Shown here: one piece after another, positions 62,862 through 64,000 of the stretch | Layout: every line of letters starts with the position of its first letter | How positions within the stretch are numbered: position 1 is the first letter of the stretch | Source of the DNA: Mobula hypostoma | Lineage: Eukaryota | Direction of reading: 5' to 3' | DNA length: 64,000 nt | Assembly (NCBI RefSeq): GCF_963921235.1 | Contig: NC_086097.1 | Coordinates: forward strand, 147,314,001 to 147,378,000 | Program-made: the position numbers and the translations under genes | Notes under the pieces: model-generated | The model's database searches: none | What the model was told of the DNA's origin: nothing | The model's input: only the letters and a program-made list of their open reading frames with translations

Positions 62862-64000
62862 TGTTGCAAGGACGTGGCTGAGGACAAACCCGAGTGCAGG
62901 ACTCAGGCACAGAGACAGGGTCGTGAGGCACTAGCACAGTTGCGAATGTGGAACAGGTATCCAGGAGAGTCTTTACATGGAGACAAGGTTTACACAGATT
63001 ATCCAGGAAATGGTCCAGAGCTTAGAATTGACAGTCCTAAGGAATCAGGAAACAAGGTTACACACACTACAAACATTTGTAGAATAGACCAGCAAACTGG
63101 CAGCCCATTGCTGTGACTCCAGAGCTCTTATCCTGCATTCACTAATGGGAAGGAGGTGTGTTGTAATTAATGGAACTAGGAACAATTGGAAATCAGATGA
63201 GGGAATTAAGGCCCAATCAAGCAGATGATAGCAAGATGGGAGATTGCCAGACAGGACCATGAAAGTACTCCCCACCCCAAATGAGAGCCTCCAGGCCAAT
63301 CTCCAGGCTTCTCCGGATGGTCCCGATGTATGAGGGAGGGGTCCAGATGAAGGGGCGGGGAACCCAGGAATGCTCCTCTGGGCCGTACCCTTCCCAGTCG
63401 ACCAGGTATTGGAGACCCCTGCCCTGACGGTGCACATCCAGTAGCCTCTGGACGGTGTATGCCGGATGGTTGTTGATGATTCGGGTGGGTGGAGGGGTTT
63501 CGGTCGAAGGGCACAAGGGACTGACGGAAACTGGTTTTAATTGGGAAACATGAAACGTAGGATGGATGTGCATAGACTTCGGTAGCTTAAGTCGAACTGC
63601 TGTGGGGTTGATGATACTTTCGACTTCGAAAGGGCCCAGGAAGCGAGGGGCGAGTTTCTTAGGCTCATTTTTGAGAGAAATGTCTCTGGATGAGAGCCAC
63701 ACCTTCTGACCAGGTCGATACTCAGGCGCTGGAGTCAGATGCCAATCGGCAATCCTCTAGTTGCGATCGGCCGATTGGAGCAGGGCCGTGCTTGTGTCCT
63801 CCCAAACCTTGCAGCACCGATCAATATGGGCCTGAACAGACTGCACCACAGTCTCCTCTTCTTGAATGGGAAACAGCAGGGGTTGGTAACCAAAGGAGCA
63901 TTCAAAAGGCGATCTTCTGGTGGCAGTACTAACCAGAGAGTTGTGGGCCTACTCTACCCACGCAAGCTGGTCACTCCAGGTAGATGGGTTGTTGGTTGTT
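62862..64000 (-). mobile_element. Gypsy chromovirus 3' end (integrase GPY/F, chromodomain, PPT, 3' LTR); continues beyond the window
   Basis: [51 protein letters not shown] 63265-63278; LTR ~62862-63264. Confidence 0.92.

Overview
Vertebrate intronic/intergenic DNA dominated by decayed, nested transposable elements. The repeat mix (abundant CR1, Rex1/Babar, V-SINE, DeuSINE, Penelope-like, L1/Tx1) suggests a cartilaginous fish, probably a ray (inference). I found no intact host CDS, rRNA, tRNA gene or CRISPR array; most listed ORFs are TE fragments or noise. Highlights: (1) Penelope-like (PLE) terminal repeats carrying a minimal type I hammerhead ribozyme, including two fold-back insertions with TSDs; (2) an L1/Tx1 copy with a clear twin-priming 5' inversion; (3) a young Charlie3/MER1-like hAT element with a perfect 8-bp TSD and an internal CR1 tail; (4) two LTR-bounded Gypsy deletion derivatives plus a third chromovirus running off the window end; (5) an ERV-like relic with two zinc knuckles and a protease but no RT; (6) non-autonomous retroposon families. 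These belong to known classes, and I cannot show a wholly new system from sequence alone. Family names come from motif recognition, not database searches. Boundaries without TSDs are approximate.
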